From: Schmidtea nova
Lineage: Eukaryota
Reading direction: 5' to 3'
Assembly: GCA_044892505.1 (NCBI GenBank)
Contig: CM097883.1
Coordinates: 448,632,001-448,696,000 of the forward strand
Length of the DNA stretch: 64,000 nt
Position 1 is the stretch's first letter, and each line of letters begins with the position of its first letter. Positions 57,282 through 64,000 of the stretch are shown here, one piece after another. The notes under the pieces are model-generated. The model worked only from the letters and a program-made list of their open reading frames with translations. It searched no databases and was not told where the DNA came from. A program made the translations under genes and the position numbers.

Positions 57282-59041
57282 TCACAATCGGATGTCCACG
57301 GAACATTTTATATAGATTTCATTGTTAAAGGTCAGATCTGGATTGGCGGATAATTCTGATTGGCTTATAAATCTGTCAAAGCCCTTTCCATTATTTCTAT
57401 TTGTCGGTTGAAAAAGTGATTTACTATTTGAATAATCTGCACATTTCACAGTCCAATTGACATGCGACTGACGCGTGCGCTGATTGACCAATGCAAATGT
57501 GACGGAATGCCTGAATGGCCATTCTAATATCCCATCACACGGGCCCTTTTTCAAACAGAAGTACACGGATAAATGCGTGCCCTTGCCAATGCCATCACCA
57601 TCACTATCCGCACATAAACACATTTTATAACCGTTTCTATGCGTGAGAAATGATTCGCTATAAATGGTTGTGTTGATTCCTTTTTTTGCATTTGCTATTT
57701 TATCACTGAATTTGTCGATTTTCCAAATAAATTATGCACAATTCAGTTGATTTTGATTGGCTGCCATTTCCAATAATTTGTTGTCAACATTTTGCATTGA
57801 TTTGTCGATTTCATTTGACATTTCCGTTTGATCAATTTTATGTTTGTTTTCCATTTGATCGATTTGTATAATAAATTCCTTCTGCAATTTTTGTTTTATT
57901 CATTTATCAAATCAGAAATTTATTTTACTTCTTTATTTTCTCTCAGCTGAATCACATTGTCAAATTTGTTTTCTGCTTGCTGACATTTGGTGTCGCATTG
58001 GGCAATTTGTTGCTGGAAATTGTTCTCACATGCTTGAATAGCCCGCTGAAATATTGCCGCATCAAATAATCAATTATTTCATCAATATTTCACCTGGTTG
58101 CCCTCGACACACAATTTCAATCCTTCCAAACCGTCGCTCATATTCCTATCCACATTCCTCAATGCCGGCATGTCCTCGTTCAATAATGCGATTTCTAGAG
58201 CTTGATCGTCACATTTCCTCTGCAAATCTTCAATTTCAATCTTGATAATAATCACAATTGATCAATAAATATCAATATTGCAATTTATTGACAAACTCGA
58301 TTCCTTTGCCCATCTGAAATCATTTTATCCATATTTTCTCTTATCGCAACATTTTCAGCATTCAAACAAATTATATCCGCATTCAACTGGTCAATTTTTA
58401 CTGTTTTCTCATCAGATTGGCACTGCAAATCAGCAATTTCCTCCTGAATTCTCATTATTTATCCACATCAAATCAAATATTGCATTTACTCGTCTTCTCT
58501 CGCCATCCAATTTCAATTTATTGATCTCAGTTTGCAACAAATTATTATTGGCTTTCATTATGTCCATCTCATTATTAAAATTGCTAAAGAAGTCCATCAA
58601 TAGTTTTGTGTGCGTCAATATTTCAGATTGCAAATGATCCGCAACTTTATCCTGAGATATATTGCATGCGTCACATCCGATATTCGAATACGGACATGCA
58701 ACTGATCGGTATTTGCACATCCGTGAATGATCTTCTATTTTTCTGATTTCATTAACAAATTCACAATTCCCATTCAGGCATTTCACTTTTAACTTTGATA
58801 TTTTGATTTTAATTACGTGATCCACAGCAATATTTCCATCCAAATTGAGCATTTCCAGTTGACATTCGTCTGTGTTACCAGGACAAATTCTATTCTCGGT
58901 ACCTAGAAAGCCTGAAATGCAAGTGAAACAAAACCTGCAACCGCATGGAGCACAGCGAGCATTGATCAATAATTTTTTACACAGCAAACATAACATGTCG
59001 TGATCGATTTCTGTTACAAATTCATAATTAATATTTCTCAT
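57282..59041 (-). pseudogene. Intronless host TRAF pseudogene (RING, zinc finger, coiled coil, MATH) with several stops/frameshifts in the coiled coil
   Basis: CLLCKKLL...CGCRFCFTC...CPG RING and CPYSNIGC in 59041-58430; MATH FIWKIDKF...DGDGIGKGTHLSVYF...LEWPF in ~57730-57282; the intervening frames carry multiple stops. Confidence 0.85.
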
Positions 59042-59170
59042 AATTTGCCAATCATTTTCTAATTCATTTTCTAATTGATAGCCTTTTACACAGCAAGCAT
59101 AACATGTCGTGATCGATTTCTGTTACAAATTCATAATTATTATTTCTCATAATCTGCATAATCTTTTCTA
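58975..59170 (-). repeat. Tandem duplication (~108-bp period) of the TRAF start region
   Basis: tttacacagcaa(a/g)cataacatgtcgtgatcgatttctgttacaaattcataatta... occurs at ~58975 and ~59084; the upstream copy gives MRNNNYEFVTEIDHDMLCLLCKRLSIRK*. Confidence 0.85.
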
Positions 59171-60572
59171 AGTTCAAAGCAGCCATTTGTTATAATGATA
59201 TAATGAATATTTTTTTATTATAATTTTGTTTTGTTTAAATGCCTTATTATAAATGTTATGTGCTACCAGTAAATTTAATGAATCATATAATTTAAACAAA
59301 AGATAACATCAACAGCAGTGGTATAATTGGTTTCCATTGTCAACATAGTGGAGCACTTGCATGGACCGCTGCTGTTAAGAAAGACTTTACTATCTATTTT
59401 AAACCTAATTTTGTAATTTTCTTGAGTTTTGTACAAATTATTTTCCGTTTACTAATGGGAAATTTTGTGTGTTTTGTAGCTTCTCAGAAATCGAATTCTG
59501 GCTGATCAGCAAGTACTGAAAGATGAAGATTTTCATATTTGCAGATAATATGTCAAAGTTTGGTCTTTTGAGTACAAAAATAAAATAAAAGTTGACAAAT
59601 TTTTTAGTATTATTGCGAAATTTTAAATAAAAATTTTTTGAAATATTTTTAGTTTTAATATTAGACAATAGGTCAAAACTTTATTTATTTCCTGCGCTCA
59701 AAAAATCAAGTGGCAAGCTCCATCTGTCAAAAAGACTCACCAAACCGTTTATTATTATATTCAAAGGATGATGTTAGTTACGTAATCTTGGTTAAGAAGC
59801 TGCTGATGATCCATTCTTCATTGAAAGGTCGGCCTAAATGACTGATATCTAATCTTTACAATTGATAAGTCTATATCTAATTATAACAATAAAATACGGA
59901 TCAAAGGATTGGCGTACGTTGCCTAGTTGGTCACTGCTCACTACAATTATGCTTTTATATGTTATTGTTATAATAATTTGAGAATTGGCCTCTCCATATC
60001 TGGTCACCTTAACTATGCTGCATTATGAAAGGTCTGTCACATTTGCAAGCATATTGACAATTATATTGTCAATTAGAACAATAACATTAAAAGGTTTACG
60101 CATCTATATTATTGCGCATTATAATTGGATCTGAAAATGCGATGAGATTTAGGGGGGGGCTTCTGGTACAATGATTAGATGACCAATGGTTATTACGTAC
60201 TAATGCGGAGGGGAGCTCTCACAGTGTTTGATAGCACAAATTTCAAAAGTTTAATTAATTAATTAATCAAGAAAGTACGTAACAAGTTCATAAATATATT
60301 TTTAAAATGTCGCAATTTAACTTGACGAACTTCAGTACATCCGAAAAAGGGAAATTGGGTGATAAATCATTAAAATTTGTTGGAGGAAGCTTACCGATTC
60401 AAGGGAGAATAATCAGTGATAAATTGTCATTTCAAGGGATAAAAGAGACAGTGCGACACTCTTGGCGAGGATGAGTTAATATTTGAAGAGAAGTTATTCA
60501 AAGGGAAAAGTTGATTCTACGTATCTTCCATTTAGGAAGATATTTATTGTAAGCTGTTAATGTTGCATAATT

Positions 60573-60782
60573 NNNNNNNNNNNNNNNNNNNNNNNNNNNN
60601 NNNNNNNNNNNNNNNNNNNNNNNNNNNNNNNNNNNNNNNNNNNNNNNNNNNNNNNNNNNNNNNNNNNNNNNNNNNNNNNNNNNNNNNNNNNNNNNNNNNN
60701 NNNNNNNNNNNNNNNNNNNNNNNNNNNNNNNNNNNNNNNNNNNNNNNNNNNNNNNNNNNNNNNNNNNNNNNNNNNNNNNNNN
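60573..60782. other. Assembly gap (210 N)
   Basis: Run of N. Confidence 1.
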
Positions 60783-62411
60783 TTATGGTCGGCTTCCTTG
60801 CGGACACCGGATAACCCCCTACGTTTTATTTTCTCATGAAATTCAAAAAAATGAAACAAAAGAAATTATAATAAATTATAAATTCAAAATCCAAAAAAAA
60901 TCAATTTTAAACATTAACTATGACAGTTAGAATAAGAAGAAAAAATTGGAATTAAAATAAATTGAATTTGGAAAATACCAACACGTGACTCAATCACTCA
61001 CAGATCTAAACAAGAAGCACCCTAACTGTCCCTACACACTGATTATTTTATGAAGACTCTGTTGGGCTCTTCAATCTCCCACAATATACACTCACACCGC
61101 GACAAAAACAGCAAATAAATAAAAGAAATATCAATATTAATTATCGCCCACTAAGAACTTATATACTGGAATCATCTATTGGAAATAAAGTTTCAATATC
61201 GTCGGGTCTTACTTATTTGATGCTGATCAGATTTATAATTTTTCTTTCAACCGCAACATTCGGAAACCCAACAAAATCAATTTGTCACTGTTTTATCCCT
61301 AGCTCCAAATGTTGGAAGGGGAGTAACAAAATGGTGTTAATGTCGGATGGATTAATCATATAAAATGATGATAATATCATTAAAAATAGCGAGCCTTCCT
61401 CAGAAATGTTTAATTAAGTGAAGATAAAAAATCCTGATCACTCCAATATTGAATTCCTTCCAATTGAGTTGTCACTTCTTCCTTTCCATTGTATTAGAAT
61501 TATTATAGAGATAGGAATGAATCTCATTTTATCATTTTATTTAACGACTTCCAAAATGAATTGCGCGATTTATTTATTTAAGAATTAATCGATTTATTTA
61601 ATTTGTGAATCGACACTACGTGTTTCAACGTATTTTAACATAACAGTAAAACAAGCACAAAAATATATAAAAATAGTAACTACAAGAGTTACTTACATAG
61701 ACTTTCATATTTTATAAAATAATTTCTTAACAATATTTTTAAAATTTGATTTAGTTTTTTAAAAATGTCCAGACAATCTTTCCCATATAAAAATAAAAAT
61801 ATTATTTTTATTTTTTATTTTCACTTTAAATCTTTACTTTTCTGTTATAGAAAGTTTACATTTTTGATCTAGTCTTTAAAAAGATGAAAATAAATAAATA
61901 TGAAATTTAATTATTATTGATCAAGTCCACTGGACCAAATAACTTTTCTAAAAAGTTGCACTTCAATGAAGCAAACATTCACAAAGAAAGAATTAGTTAA
62001 AATAAATAATTGAGCTCAGGTAATAATAGGAGAAATTATATTGTAAATAAAGTTTTAGGATTGTTGGGTCAAATCTGTTAAAAAGAGAACATGTGACAAT
62101 CCACCACACTTTATCCATAATTCACTAAAGTATACAAAATCAAAATTGTATGATTTAAAAATTTACAATGAAATTTGTTATTTTTCATAAATAAATTTTT
62201 ATTAACAACCAAAATTATTTTTTATATTGACGATTAGTTAATTATTATATATTTCTTGTTAAACTAATTCATTTATTATGAAATAATTTTCTGAAATTCA
62301 ATAATTGTTTAATTAATCTCATTTCAAATAAACCTTATTTAAATTTTTTTATTAATTTTTTTTTCAGAAAATACAGATAAATAAGTAAGCTTTCTTAAAA
62401 ACAATTTTTAA

Positions 62412-62915
62412 ATGACCGATTCTGATTTGGTTGGAATTAATACCCTGAATGGATATATTAAAATAAAATGCTACCCAAATGATACTGTCAATGTAAGACA
62501 ATTTAGAGAAATTATTTCAATATTTAAAAAAATCAATTAGGATATAATCAAAAGAGTATTAATTGATGAATATGATTGGACGAATTTTGGATTACAAGTC
62601 GAAGAAAGGCATAGAAAATTTATTCATAATAGAAATTTTCTTTGTCAGAGATTACAATGGTGTCATTTACGAATGTTTATGGCAACCGCAGATTTTTATT
62701 TGACAATAAAAATCTATCCGATAAATATCGAGTCAGCAATTTCTCATTCATTGCTAACTGTTAAATATTTAGTCCAACAAGTATTATAATAGATAAATTA
62801 GAATAGTTTTATTATTGTTTTATCAATCAAATTAGTTAATAGATCAATATGGCTTGATAATGGAGGAAACAACGAATTTAGAATCCGCTTTAGAATTAGC
62901 TTGTTTAATGAATTG
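62412..62915 (+). CDS. First three recognisable coding exons of a divergent FERM-like host gene (continues beyond)
   Basis: Exons 62412-62492, 62541-62780, 62836-62915 joined by phase-0 GT-AG introns of 48 and 55 nt give MTDSDLVGINTLNGYIKIKCYPNDTVNDIIKRVLIDEYDWTNFGLQ...FYLTIKIYPINIE...YLVQQLIDQ...ESALELACL, which follows FERM F1/F2 motifs (FGL, KFYP, YLY.Q, A..LA.L). Confidence 0.5.
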
Positions 62916-64000
62916 GTAAGATTTAATTGTTGATTTATTAATTTAATAATCAATTATTGATTGTATTTTCAAATAAATATTAATCATTTATTAAATTTTT
63001 AAATTGCCTTTATGATATACTGCAAGCTGATTGTATTAATCCCTTCAATTTGAATGATTTTGTAACCAAGTGAATTTGTTTGTATTAATTTTTTATGTAT
63101 CACGTGATTTGTCTATTCGATATGCTCGTGTGCGTGTCTGTGTATTCGAGCTGGTTGTGTGCATCCACATCGGTGTGCGCAGCGTGTTTTTATGACTGAT
63201 TTTTATTTAATACTTCCACTTTTCCGAAAACAGATATTTCAAAATTGTTTATATTGAATAAATTGTAATAAAATCGAATTACATTTATTGTTAATTGAAA
63301 AACTATAATTTTCATTTCCAAAGAGTATTTTTCTATGATAAAAAAAGTGTTGTGTACGTGTGTCGACAATGAAGGCGATAAAGTGTGTGAATATCGAATT
63401 CTGTGTGCGTGTGATGTCATTTTTGCTGAGTATTACACCGATTCGCAATTATAATAGTAATCTTAAAGATATTTACGAAGCCAAATATAATAAAATAAAA
63501 ATTTAATTGAAAGTGATTGTGAAAGAGATAAATATGGAAAAGGATGCTGATTATAACTTCGAAAATTTTGACAAAAAGGAAAACTGGAAAATAGTATGAA
63601 ATCAAAACAAAAATAAAAATCTATTTTCGAGAGATTTAATAATTTCAAGCTGTGACGTCTCGAACGTCTCCATAAAAAATAAATTGATTTGTGGCGGTGT
63701 TTCAACATGTACAAGAAAATATACATTATTTGTTTTAAAGCGAATGGATAACATTGACAAATGTTAATATTGGATATGATAGCAATTAAAAATTCACTGA
63801 TAAAAGCGAAACAGAAATTGAAAGTCCACAAATTGAGGAAATAACAAAATTTATGACACAGATGTATTAAAAAATAAATATTTATCATAACACTTATTTG
63901 GAAGATGTAAATCTTGGAAGACAATGGCAATAAATAAAGTCTTCCTAAAAAATTTCTTTTCTATTTTCTTTCAATTTCTTTTTTTCATTAATTGTCAAAA

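Noticed and set aside
60544-60859. ORFs spanning the N run
   Set aside because: Artefacts of the assembly gap.
63190-63930. Several minus-strand F/I/L-rich ORFs at the window end
   Set aside because: Composition expected from AT-rich non-coding DNA; no motifs.

Overview
AT-rich eukaryotic DNA, most likely planarian/flatworm. This is inferred from short introns, intronless TRAF genes with a CGCRxC RING and a giant Gypsy element. The window is dominated by one apparently intact, very young 29,518-bp LTR retroelement on the minus strand (4750-34267) with 3.1-kb LTRs, a 4-bp AAAG target-site duplication and a tRNA-Pro-type PBS. Its single 5649-codon ORF reads Gag (3 CCHC knuckles) - ubiquitin-like folds - AT-hook - Bcl-2-like domain - signal peptide + chuvirus-type (class III, gB-like) fusion glycoprotein + TM - protease - RT - RNase H - integrase - ankyrin repeats - two signal-peptide/FN3/TM membrane proteins. 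An envelope therefore sits between gag and pol, in frame. Seven accessory ORFs (IAP-type RING, a full TRAF, coiled coils, a small type I membrane protein, two ORFs inside the LTR) each start 0-3 nt after an AG splice acceptor, an operon-like or complex-retrovirus-like layout. Left of it are a 4-exon smoothelin-domain gene and an intronless KH-like ORF. Right of it are a decayed protein-primed DNA polymerase B, three decayed Gypsy elements (one with permuted terminal repeats, one carrying a 262-bp mariner derivative), two TRAF pseudogenes, an assembly gap and the start of a FERM-like gene. All domain calls come from motif recognition by eye; no database searches were run.
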